From a virus (Duplodnaviria; Caudoviricetes): 25,152 nucleotides of DNA. The notes beneath the pieces were generated by a model. It ran no database searches and had not been told where the DNA came from. It saw only the letters and a program-made list of their open reading frames with translations. A program made the position numbers and the translations under genes. Location of the stretch: positions 1 to 25,152 of IMG/VR virus record IMGVR_UViG_3300020205_000903; one strand, given 5' to 3'. Positions 9,401 to 17,467 of this stretch are shown here, piece by piece (position 1 is the first letter of the stretch; the number at the start of each line of letters is the position of its first letter).

Positions 9401-12397
9401 TTGCTGTGCATTCTGTGACTGGGAGAAGAGGTTTCTGGTCTTTCCTGTGAGCTGACGGATTGAGTCGATGTCTGGCCACTTAACAAAATTTGCAAGTTGA
9501 GAGTCAATGAGTGGATCCAGTTGTGTGAACTTCTGGGTCTTTCCAGCGACCTTAAATTCTCGTGTGCCGATGTCCTTGCCAGCAACCTGTGCCAAGAACT
9601 TTCGGTTAGCATCTGCTTCCTTCTTAAATACTCGAGCCGCATCGTTAAGCATACGGATTTGTTCTTCTGTTAGGTTAGGAGCTTTCTCCTTAACCAAAGA
9701 CTTAAGCGTGTCAATGAATACATTGAAGCGTTCAGTCGAGGTTGTAGCCGCCATCATTGCCTTAATGGATGTCTTCTGTAATTCAGGAGATGCTTTAAGG
9801 AATGGCAAAGTGTCATTCATTTCCTTGACCAATGTATCTACATCGTCTAGGTGAACAAGATTTCTAGTAGGTGCAAACCTTGTAAAAGGTGCAGTTACTT
9901 TATTACTTCTCAAGAACATTCTTGCTTCGTTCTCTGCATTGAGCAGGAAGTTAGCAAAACCTTCATGGTGTAACTTCAATGAGTTAGGTGCATAGAAGCT
10001 TGACTGGAATTGGATTGCACGAGATTGAACTGCAAGTCCGACTCGTGTTCCACGAGATAGTTCTAGCCCAACTTCACCGGCAAGTAAACCCATTACTTCT
10101 TTTTCAGAAGTAGCAGCAGCCAAACGCTTGGCTAGGTCAACTGTGATGTTGCCATTCATTGCTCGCCATAGATCATCGTATTGTTCTGGGCCATAGTGGA
10201 GAGCAATAAACTTTGCAGCGTTCTGACCCATCGGGCCAAAGAATGCTTTAGCAGCTTGTTGGTAATCAAGGATTTGCTTACCACCTATGGTCATAAGACC
10301 AAACTCTGCTTCCATTGCTAGTGCCTTACGGCCTCTGGCTTCTTCAAGAAGGATACGAGCTTCATCATCAGACTTAACTCGATCTTGAACATACTTAAGA
10401 TTGTTTCTCCAAGCGGCCTCTGCTTTATCAAGTTCCTTTTGGACACCTTTTGTAACCTTACCCATTTCGGCAAGTTCTTTGTTTACATTGGCAAGTTGTT
10501 CCATGACTGTAAGGCGAGGTGCTGCTGCACCTTCGACTAACCCTGTAACCTGCTGAGTAATTGCACCCTTGGTTGTAAGTGCTTGAACACCAAGATCATT
10601 GATGTCAGGTGAGTTAATAGCATCAGCCTTAAAGCGACCAAAGTCAGAAATCTTTGCATCGAATGGATCTACTGTCCGTGGGAAGTAAGCGTATCCACCA
10701 CCACCCATACCACGAGTAGCACCAACATTTTCAAAGCCTTGGATACCGGCTCTTTCGTATGCTAAAAATAGTTGTTCTACAAGTCCAGCCTTTTGTGCTG
10801 AAGCAATAAGTTCTGCGTGTGTTGCACCGGGTGTATCGATTACATCTAGAACACCTTGCAATTTAGATTCTTGAATACCAGCAGCAGTTCCAACATCAAT
10901 AAGGTTAGAACCGATCTCGTTAGATACACGAGTTGCTTGTGGTGAATCTCCAGCCTTGATAAGAGCTGTCCACTTGATAAGGCGTGGCTTCTGCTTTGCT
11001 GCTACACGAACTACAGCATCTACTCCATTGCGAATACCTTGAGTGGATGCACGATCACCCTTCTTAAGGGCTGCTTCTTCAAGTGTATGAATAAGTCCGG
11101 GAGCCAACTGCTCTTGCTCGAGAAGTGTTTCTCCTGCACGAACTACTTCATCGAAACCTTTAGCATCGAGAATACTTTGAACCTCTGCTGCACGACCAGC
11201 AGTATTGAGTTCAATACGGTGAGCCATAAGGTCTTCAGCCTTACGAGCTTGTCCAACGAGTTGACCCTTTGTATCGGTTGCAGTCTTAAGACCTGCAATT
11301 AAAGTGTCACGCTGTTGACGGAGTTGACCGTATTCTGCATCTAATAAATCTGCTTCAGACTTTGATTTGTAATAAGTCTGGTATGTGTTATCTACCTTTT
11401 CGGCGATAGTGTTTAGATCATCTTGGTGTTTGATGATGTCTGCTTCAAGCATATTGATGTCGCCTGCTGCTGCTCGTGCTTCTGCACGAACCTTTGTAAC
11501 ATCACCCATAATGTCTTCAACATCACGAGCCACAGCCTTGATCGGTGCTGCCTTCGCTTCTGCTGCACGAGCTGCGGCCTTTGGCCCAACACGAAGTGTT
11601 ACGCCAACCTTTCCAGCTTCTTTACCGATCTTAAGTAAACCTACACCGGGAACATAAGTGAGTGGGTCTGCTGCAAGATTAAGAACGAATCCTGAAATGG
11701 CTTGGAATGTACGAGCTGCTTTAGTCTCTGGGTTATCGAATAGTGCTTGTGTAAGTCCACTTGAATAAGTCCAAGGAACTCCACCCTTCATCGTAGGGCC
11801 AGCAGCAATCTTTGCATTAAGTAATGCTTTACCTACCGCAGAGTTTTGATCTGCACCAAGAAAACCAGTACCTACATCAATCTTGCCTGTTTTGAAAAGG
11901 TTGATAAGAGCTTGTCCTGTTTGAGTCTCATCAAAAGTATTAAGGCCACCCTTGCCAGATACACCGTTACGAACGGTGGCTTCTAGCATTTCAAATGGTG
12001 TTGATAAAAGCATGAAAGCAGTACGAGTAAGTGGTGCTAAGAAGTCAGCAGGTGAACCCTTCTTTGCAGAGTTCTGCTCTTTTAACTTAGCAGCAGCAGC
12101 AATGGCTGCATTACGCTGTGCATCAATCAATGCTGATCCATCAAGTGTGGTCATTGCATTAGCAGTATTACCACCAATAACAGCACCAGACTTTGTAAGA
12201 CCCATGACCGTGCCAACAGATGCAGCAGGGTAGGCCTTAGCCATAGCAGCTAACTGCTTGGCAAAATCAGGACTTAAATACTTAGATTGCTGGGCCTGTA
12301 TGTATGTATCATAAGCTGCTGTTCCCTCTTGAGGGATTGAACTTAGCGATGCACCGAGACTACCAGCACCAAATGTGCCTCCGGTTTTTCCTGCCAT
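6488..12397 (-). CDS. Very large putative internal virion/DNA-ejection protein, 1969 aa
   Basis: Long Ala-rich, mostly helical ORF in the structural operon. Its size and context resemble podophage ejection proteins; function is inferred. Confidence 0.65.
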   Translation of the reverse strand: MAGKTGGTFGAGSLGASLSSIPQEGTAAYDTYIQAQQSKYLSPDFAKQLAAMAKAYPAASVGTVMGLTKSGAVIGGNTANAMTTLDGSALIDAQRNAAIAAAAKLKEQNSAKKGSPADFLAPLTRTAFMLLSTPFEMLEATVRNGVSGKGGLNTFDETQTGQALINLFKTGKIDVGTGFLGADQNSAVGKALLNAKIAAGPTMKGGVPWTYSSGLTQALFDNPETKAARTFQAISGFVLNLAADPLTYVPGVGLLKIGKEAGKVGVTLRVGPKAAARAAEAKAAPIKAVARDVEDIMGDVTKVRAEARAAAGDINMLEADIIKHQDDLNTIAEKVDNTYQTYYKSKSEADLLDAEYGQLRQQRDTLIAGLKTATDTKGQLVGQARKAEDLMAHRIELNTAGRAAEVQSILDAKGFDEVVRAGETLLEQEQLAPGLIHTLEEAALKKGDRASTQGIRNGVDAVVRVAAKQKPRLIKWTALIKAGDSPQATRVSNEIGSNLIDVGTAAGIQESKLQGVLDVIDTPGATHAELIASAQKAGLVEQLFLAYERAGIQGFENVGATRGMGGGGYAYFPRTVDPFDAKISDFGRFKADAINSPDINDLGVQALTTKGAITQQVTGLVEGAAAPRLTVMEQLANVNKELAEMGKVTKGVQKELDKAEAAWRNNLKYVQDRVKSDDEARILLEEARGRKALAMEAEFGLMTIGGKQILDYQQAAKAFFGPMGQNAAKFIALHYGPEQYDDLWRAMNGNITVDLAKRLAAATSEKEVMGLLAGEVGLELSRGTRVGLAVQSRAIQFQSSFYAPNSLKLHHEGFANFLLNAENEARMFLRSNKVTAPFTRFAPTRNLVHLDDVDTLVKEMNDTLPFLKASPELQKTSIKAMMAATTSTERFNVFIDTLKSLVKEKAPNLTEEQIRMLNDAARVFKKEADANRKFLAQVAGKDIGTREFKVAGKTQKFTQLDPLIDSQLANFVKWPDIDSIRQLTGKTRNLFSQSQNAQQLRTVTTDLFDSFFKQTVLVGRVSYILRNVGDMQVRSFLGGSTTLFNHPLQFAAMMMANPEGNAIAKFATRWSRFDNTVFGTNFNKAVEEMDAIGFKSAALADADKFAVMMSRSIGVGMGQGTRGLSQILPTGMRFITPAERGFNRAWAGAILQFRESAMARLVAGGLDGGIKGANGKITPWFKEAEAFIAKKQAQGMDLSRDYEKFIVDFMFETQQGVLLRTQIAKVDELNRALMLDADEAIARQAMENYFKVVTEGVDNLSGGRQELRDFIAGKAMVAVDGKRTPGFNPKGTQSKDVWLANILKGYVDSTDISKAIGQLKLPTDDVRAVASFKGQWDRAASKFFQVSASIEKRAALGPEFKQQYWNGVAENLNLMTKDEATKILAIAEKELRGIKVFGLKAGFENPALVRMREAIKTLDDRGLAADDMHTIANNFAANKLQKLYYDAMRQKQYAVAARLVAPFAAAWGNTIATWSKLIGTDVANTFRLQGKARTYKAANAFEFLTHPETGVIYEWTGQNWNDPSQGFIYKDPTYGDPRMVIPLAGNALGWMLSTATGEAVPSMPTSLSIPSLNLAFSNELLPGVGPAIQLSLGRLIQSQEGWAADQLRDVIYPFGAPSGKTGIVESFTPAWAQRVLYGLGINSFEEKSVSTLRPLMTYLASTGNYGDFPLGGEAQAKLLEDAGRVNRVLALWRGITQNVAPGSIAPQILAKDKEGELHVQALMFNDFLQIRANNPDSYEIAVAKWADKYGESALFALVSGSRGGITPTDEAWNFYQNNRKDANAYSNAFALFFPGGQYSQEFAKWQEQRGQRFKLSPAEMQMEAARYVYTARKAKLQSDEAIAVQQGADPKQAHQVYMTRKAAMDDDFGGQPDFRAAGVPRETLVKEVTQALSNPKFAETESGKGLAKFLQARESALNSVAEAGYKTLTGKAVENVAQWLDQTAYQIISEHPDFSVMYWRVFATETGNN

Positions 12398-12780
12398 TAA
12401 CGCTTCTCATAATCTAATCTTTGACCTAATCGAACCAAGTCTGGATCTGGATATAGGGCAATAAGTTGACGGACTAGCGTGGCAGTTTCATCGGGTGCAG
12501 ATGGTGGAATAGGTAATACTTCATTACCCGGGCCAGCACCAAAACCTGCACCGAATGTAATCTCTTGATCTACATTTGGATTAGGTGTTGCAAAGTTTCT
12601 GCTTGGCATAGCAGGTGCTGCGATCATAGGGCCCATTCCCCCACCCATTGCACCTGTTTCAGTTGCTGCTAATGGAACTCCGGGAGCTGTCTGTAGTTGT
12701 GTGAGTTCTGTGTTCTCACCGTATGCTCCACCGGTAATGGATTGTGCTGCCTGCCTACCAATGTATGGGCCTTCAGCCAT
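12397..12780 (-). CDS. Hypothetical Pro/Gly-rich virion protein (start revised to ATG 12780, MAEGPYIG)
   Basis: GGAGG SD upstream of ATG 12780, overlapping the end of the upstream gene; ITFGAGFGAGPG motif. Confidence 0.7.
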   Translation of the reverse strand: MAEGPYIGRQAAQSITGGAYGENTELTQLQTAPGVPLAATETGAMGGGMGPMIAAPAMPSRNFATPNPNVDQEITFGAGFGAGPGNEVLPIPPSAPDETATLVRQLIALYPDPDLVRLGQRLDYEKR

Positions 12781-13012
12781 CTTTAGCCTCCATTTTTTCA
12801 ATGTCTTTGGTCATCTTCTCCCACATATACTGTTTCTTTGCTTCGTTAACAGAATGTGAATGTATAACTTTTGTTATCAATGAGAAGAAATCTGCGAATG
12901 AATAACTTATCTTGTATAGTAAATCTGCTACTGCGTAAACAAAATCTATTTTCTTTGCAGGGCGAGCCAATACGAACATATCATCGAGTTCATCGAAGTT
13001 ATCTTCTGACAT
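12773..13012 (-). CDS. Hypothetical protein, 79 aa
   Basis: ORF track; GGAAGGGTG SD-like sequence; operon position. Confidence 0.7.
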   Translation of the reverse strand: MSEDNFDELDDMFVLARPAKKIDFVYAVADLLYKISYSFADFFSLITKVIHSHSVNEAKKQYMWEKMTKDIEKMEAKDG

Positions 13013-13032
13013 TGGCTCACCCTTCCAAGAAT

Positions 13033-13179
13033 TTACTTAGCTTTCTTTCCTGCTGCTGATGCTGACTTTCCGACATCTCCAAGCTTTTGCATTCCTGCTT
13101 TGCCTTTTGGTTTGCCAGTTGCCATAGTAGGGCCCTTAACTAATGCTGGGGCTACTGCACCTTTTTTTGTTCCGAACAT
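13033..13179 (-). CDS. Small basic Lys/Gly/Ala-rich protein, 48 aa (not in ORF track)
   Basis: GGAGGTG SD then ATG; MFGTKKGAVAPALVKGPTMATGKPKGKAGMQKLGDVGKSASAAGKKAK; fills the gap after the portal gene. Confidence 0.75.
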   Translation of the reverse strand: MFGTKKGAVAPALVKGPTMATGKPKGKAGMQKLGDVGKSASAAGKKAK

Positions 13180-13199
13180 ATTGCACCTCCAGATGCGTT

Positions 13200-14954
13200 T
13201 TAAGCTGCCCCAGTTAGGGAAGCTAAAAGATCAGCCATCGGTGGGGTTCCACCTTGTGCTAGATCAGTTCTACGAGAAAACTGGCCGGGGCCAGATACCA
13301 TTTGGGAACCGGCAGCCGGGGCCGCTCCCGGAATCCCCATAGGGGATTGCGAAGCACCGGGGGCCATCGCAGTCGCTGCCGGTTGTTCTACTGGAGCAAA
13401 CGCTTTAGCAACGATTGACTCCAATGCTTGACCTTTTGCTCGACCTTCAATGATGTCGGCGAGCCTCTTAACAGCTTCTGTTGGATCCCCACCCTGAGTA
13501 GCAAGCATTGGGATTGCGTTTGCGTATTGTGCTACTGCGGTTCTTAATGAGTCACGAAGTTCTTCGATGTCAATTCGTTGCTCTTCTTGAGTAACATTGA
13601 TTGAGAACGGAAGATTGCGGCGGAGGAAGTCACGAGAAATCAACTTATCTCCACGAAGTTGCAATCCAAAGATTGCAGCACGGTTAGGATCTAGTCCTGC
13701 CATGAGGCCATACTGGACATCTACTGTGTAATCACCGTTGATGTCTTTCGATGGTGTGTATTTTAATTCGTATGGTGTTCCATCATCGGATCCACGAATA
13801 GTTTTCTGGTTTGAACCAAAGACTTGCTCATCTACACAGAATGCAATACCGATAAGGTTTACAAAGAAGCGAGCAAAGACTGCCTGTGCTGCCTTGATCT
13901 GTGAATCAAAGCCACCCATAAGAGCTTGAACGCCACGACCTGTGACAATAGATGCATCGATCTGACCTGTTCGGCCTTCCGGATAGCGAGAACCCATACG
14001 GAGTTCACGCTCAAGTGCCTGTGATTCAGCAAAGACTCCGTTAGGAAGTTCGATTGGAACTCTACGGATTCTTTCAGGTGTGTTAGATCGAAGCAAAGCA
14101 TCTGGCCCAAGGGTAAATTCTTGGACATCTGGTGGGATAGCGATAGGTGCATTGACTGACTTCTTCGCTGCTTCAAGCTGAAGGAGTGCAAATCGAGCCT
14201 TAGCCATCTGAACTGGTAGGACATCATCGAACTGACCACGAGTTTGACCATCAACTGTTGGTCGTTCTGCTACATCTACAAGGATTTTACCTAGAAGATT
14301 GGGAGTATTAGATAGGATTAAGTTATCTAACTCCGGTAAAAAGATCATATCTTGATACTTATCATGGTAGCGAACCATGGAAATCGTAGACTTCATACGA
14401 TACTTACTGTTGATCTGAGCCTTATACTCTGGATACTGGGCAGATAGTGACTCTGAATCAGACATAATGATCTGAGCCATAGAGGTTACTGAGCCAAAGC
14501 GATCCTTTTCAAAGTAAAGACCAAAGGGATTAAGCATACGAATGCGTGGATTGTTAGTGTCAAAGTCAATCTCCACCATACCTGCTGCAAAGCCATAGGT
14601 GTAATACCAGTCTGCTGCCTGATACATCTGAAGTTGTAGATCAGACTTGTTGGCATAGTGGTTGGCAATGCGTGTACGAGTTTCAGCTTTTCTACGAGCT
14701 GCATCGGAAGTCATGTTGGATGAGGCACAGTTAATTGCTGGAAGAGGGGCAGTTACCTCGGCAAGGTCACGAGCTGCAATGTCAACCATGTTAGCGATGA
14801 GTGGCTTCGGATACTCATCAGAGAATTGACCGAAGAATACATCTTGCATACGACCTTGACGGACAGCAAGAACATCTGACATACGGCGGTCACGATCCAT
14901 GTTGCGTGTTTTAAGGCGTTCAACCTTAGCTGCAACTTCTTGAACTGAAAGCAT
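13200..14954 (-). CDS. Portal protein (start revised to ATG 14954, MLSVQEVAAK)
   Basis: ~584 aa directly after the terminase; AAGGAG SD; Pro/Ala/Gly-rich C-terminal tail typical of podophage-type portals. Confidence 0.8.
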   Translation of the reverse strand: MLSVQEVAAKVERLKTRNMDRDRRMSDVLAVRQGRMQDVFFGQFSDEYPKPLIANMVDIAARDLAEVTAPLPAINCASSNMTSDAARRKAETRTRIANHYANKSDLQLQMYQAADWYYTYGFAAGMVEIDFDTNNPRIRMLNPFGLYFEKDRFGSVTSMAQIIMSDSESLSAQYPEYKAQINSKYRMKSTISMVRYHDKYQDMIFLPELDNLILSNTPNLLGKILVDVAERPTVDGQTRGQFDDVLPVQMAKARFALLQLEAAKKSVNAPIAIPPDVQEFTLGPDALLRSNTPERIRRVPIELPNGVFAESQALERELRMGSRYPEGRTGQIDASIVTGRGVQALMGGFDSQIKAAQAVFARFFVNLIGIAFCVDEQVFGSNQKTIRGSDDGTPYELKYTPSKDINGDYTVDVQYGLMAGLDPNRAAIFGLQLRGDKLISRDFLRRNLPFSINVTQEEQRIDIEELRDSLRTAVAQYANAIPMLATQGGDPTEAVKRLADIIEGRAKGQALESIVAKAFAPVEQPAATAMAPGASQSPMGIPGAAPAAGSQMVSGPGQFSRRTDLAQGGTPPMADLLASLTGAA

Positions 14955-14962
14955 TTTTCTCC

Positions 14963-16816
14963 TTATGCCAAACGGCGATCTGCGGCCCACTCATCAAGGT
15001 TGATGACCTGTCGCTTTTCGGCATCTGCTCGGGTGAGGAATTCATTATGTACAAACTTTCCGCCATACTCACCAAACTGGCAGATCTCTCTTGCTCTAAT
15101 CTCACAGAACCAGAGGGCCATAACAAGGTCTGTCTTGTTCTTAGTCTCTGGCGACCATGTAACTAACTGATCAATAAGTAAGCGGATGCCTTCGTGTCGA
15201 TCTGAAGGTAAGTGCATCAAGTTATCTCGATGGTGCTTACCATTGGATTCAACGCTACCAAATAGGGTAGCCATTGCAGCGACACCAAATCCAACATCCC
15301 ACTTATTTCTAGATGTAGTGTGTTCCCTAAGAAGCACACCACGACTTGCTAACCATTGCCGTAAATTCTCATCCTGTGTCAGATAACCCTGAAAGGCGTT
15401 TCGTTCAACCATCCATTCCGATGGTTTGTACTTTTCCGTAAATGTAGTGATGAGATCACGGATGGCTTGCGGTGACGGTTTAGTTATAGTTGCAGCATCG
15501 AGGATATATCTTTTCTTTCTCCTACGATCTACAGCTACGACAACTGCCGCCGTATCACCAACGATTGCTGGGTCAAGCCCGGCGATGATGGTGAGACCTT
15601 CTACTGTCTCGGGATGTCCGGGGTTGCCCGGAACGATTGGCCCGATCATTCTCATTCTGTCGATAGAACCTTTAACGCAAGTCATGTTGAAGGTTGAGTC
15701 TTCATCAACATCTGCTTGCTGGTAAACCATCGACCAAGTCTTTGGGTCTAATGCACTTCTACGCATGGATAGATACTTGCCATCCCAGCGTGGGTATAGA
15801 CCGTCTTCGTCTGCCTCTTCATCGCTACCCTGCCAAGGGCGGTCTGATTTAGGCCAAAGTGTTTTCCAGTCCTTCTGATCTTCTGCAAACTCTAGGACTG
15901 CTGGCATCGCCAGATATGTCCAAGGTGATTTACCTGTTGGGTATCTCTCACCGTTACGGAGTTCTCTATAGAGGTCAATGGAATCTACTCGAGTTCCAAG
16001 GACTAAAAGCTTGCCGGTAGGCCCGAGTCGAGTTAGGACTTCCTGTTGAATCCATCGAATCTGTTTTTCGTATTCGTGAGAGTTCGACATAGTCACACAG
16101 TCGTCTAGGATAATCAGGTCTGCTCTCGCACCGTATACCTGTCCTCCGATACCGATTGCTTGAATCGTAGGATCCTTCTGGTCTGAGTCACGCAGTTCGT
16201 CTCCGAGGTAGACTTGCGTGGCTTGCCATGTGGCTGACTTAGACTTGAAACCTGAGCCAGCAGCGTAAGCTAGTTGTAGCTTCTGCCACGATGGGTGAGT
16301 CAAACGCTGTTTAATAGCGTAGATAAATTCTGTTGCCTTCTGCTGTGACTTCGAGACAATCATGATACGGATGTTGGGATCCATGCAGATCCGATATACC
16401 GGATAGTCAATCGAGGTAGTCATGGACTTGGCGTGTTCTGGGGGCACATTGACCAGCACATACTGTGGTCGACCCTTTTCATATTGCATCGAGTCATGCA
16501 TCCACTCAGGGTCATTACCTTCAAGAAGGTTGATGATATTCATCTGATGTGGGAATGTGTCTGCTTCTAGATACTCCTTGCGGAAAGTACGGAAATCCAT
16601 CTCAAGGGATTCCTCAGACTGGATACGGCCATGCTTTGATCTAGCGGCACGAACCTTGTCTACTGTCTCCTTGAATTCTTTATCCGTGGAACGGTAGTAA
16701 TCCCAAAGCTTTGCTGATCTGCCGACCTGCCTCATGGCATCTTCGACTGTGCAGCCTTCAGTAATCAACCGGATTACTTTTGCTTTGATCTTAGCGGTCT
16801 CTTCTTGCTTACTCAT
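14963..16816 (-). CDS. terL: Terminase large subunit with an N-terminal HTH-like extension (start revised to ATG 16816, MSKQEE)
   Basis: Walker A variant VPPEHAKS, Walker B LIILDD, coupling motif GTR, RNase H-like nuclease motifs GLDPA and DLVMALW; GAGGAG SD. Confidence 0.92.
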   Translation of the reverse strand: MSKQEETAKIKAKVIRLITEGCTVEDAMRQVGRSAKLWDYYRSTDKEFKETVDKVRAARSKHGRIQSEESLEMDFRTFRKEYLEADTFPHQMNIINLLEGNDPEWMHDSMQYEKGRPQYVLVNVPPEHAKSMTTSIDYPVYRICMDPNIRIMIVSKSQQKATEFIYAIKQRLTHPSWQKLQLAYAAGSGFKSKSATWQATQVYLGDELRDSDQKDPTIQAIGIGGQVYGARADLIILDDCVTMSNSHEYEKQIRWIQQEVLTRLGPTGKLLVLGTRVDSIDLYRELRNGERYPTGKSPWTYLAMPAVLEFAEDQKDWKTLWPKSDRPWQGSDEEADEDGLYPRWDGKYLSMRRSALDPKTWSMVYQQADVDEDSTFNMTCVKGSIDRMRMIGPIVPGNPGHPETVEGLTIIAGLDPAIVGDTAAVVVAVDRRRKKRYILDAATITKPSPQAIRDLITTFTEKYKPSEWMVERNAFQGYLTQDENLRQWLASRGVLLREHTTSRNKWDVGFGVAAMATLFGSVESNGKHHRDNLMHLPSDRHEGIRLLIDQLVTWSPETKNKTDLVMALWFCEIRAREICQFGEYGGKFVHNEFLTRADAEKRQVINLDEWAADRRLA

Positions 16817-16825
16817 ATCTCTCCT

Positions 16826-16842
16826 CGCCAGCTTCGCTGGCG
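16826..16842 (-). promoter_or_regulatory. Perfect hairpin CGCCAGC-GAA-GCTGGCG abutting the terL Shine-Dalgarno
   Basis: 7-bp inverted repeat read directly; it ends where the AGGAG SD begins. Confidence 0.5.
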
Positions 16843-17048
16843 TGGTCGCCAAAGATTTTTCATTGGGTTTAGGGGTTCTGAAAAAGAACAGACTACTGGG
16901 CATTTACTAGGGGCTTTTAGATCGCCTTCGTTCGCTAGGGCTCACTCCGGCTCCCTAGAGCCGGGTAGTCGTCTAATTACTTTAGCAAGTAATTATCCTC
17001 CTACTATATATAAGCCGGGATAAATAGGTTTTATCCCACACTATGCCC

Positions 17049-17064
17049 TGTGATTTGTATCACA
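17049..17064. promoter_or_regulatory. Crp/GlxR-family binding site
   Basis: TGTGA-TTTGTA-TCACA is an exact match to TGTGA-N6-TCACA and lies in the divergent intergenic region. Confidence 0.65.
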
Positions 17065-17212
17065 TACTAGCCATTGTGTGTAAAAGTCCTGTTCAGAGCC
17101 TATTTCGCAGCTTAGATCCTATCAAAAATTTTTATTTGGGTACATATATACAGGGGCCCCAGCCCTATAAAGCACTCGGGTCAATTTAGCCCCCCTGCGT
17201 GTCTGACCCCCC

Positions 17213-17240
17213 TATGCCGATAACAGACATTATGTAAAGT
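17213..17240 (+). other. dif-like XerC/XerD recombination site
   Basis: TATGCCGATAA-CAGACA-TTATGTAAAGT: 11-6-11 layout with inner ATAA/TTAT; the right arm matches the E. coli XerD arm TTATGTTAAAT at 9 of 11 positions. Confidence 0.75.
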
Positions 17241-17333
17241 AGCTTTTACGGCGTGTCGGGGAGACTCGAGGCAGGGCAGACCCTCGGCAACTAGGCCTCT
17301 TTCAATGTTCGCCGTCTAAGTAATCGCCTAATA

Positions 17334-17467
17334 CTTGGGGCATTACTTGGCAGGGCTTGGCAGGTAATCGAGGGGGCAAGGCTTGGGGAATCGGCAGGGA
17401 ATCGGGCAGACCTTGGCAGACCTCGAGGCCTTGGGGTCTTGGGTCTTGGGTCTTGGCCTTGGGTCTT
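17334..17467 (+). repeat. G-rich short-repeat array (CTTGG and GGCAG units; GGGTCTT heptamer x4)
   Basis: GGGTCTT at 17434, 17441, 17448 and 17461; about ten CTTGG and several GGCAG copies, all on one strand. Confidence 0.75.

Noticed and set aside
6488-12397. Virion RNA polymerase (N4-like) or tape-measure identity for the 1969-aa protein
   Set aside because: I could not find T7-type polymerase motifs, a DxDGD motif or periodic tape-measure repeats. Left as a putative internal virion protein.
1016-15725. Numerous 60-130 aa alternative-frame and antisense ORFs nested in the structural genes
   Set aside because: They are fully overlapped by long motif-bearing genes, lack SDs and have shadow-frame composition.
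17270-17399. GGCAGGG copies as FtsK-orienting KOPS next to the dif-like site
   Set aside because: They match GGGNAGGG only partly, point away from the site on the XerD side, and I cannot support this KOPS consensus for Actinobacteria.
17334-17467. CRISPR-like array
   Set aside because: The units are 5-7 nt with no unique spacers, and there are no cas genes.
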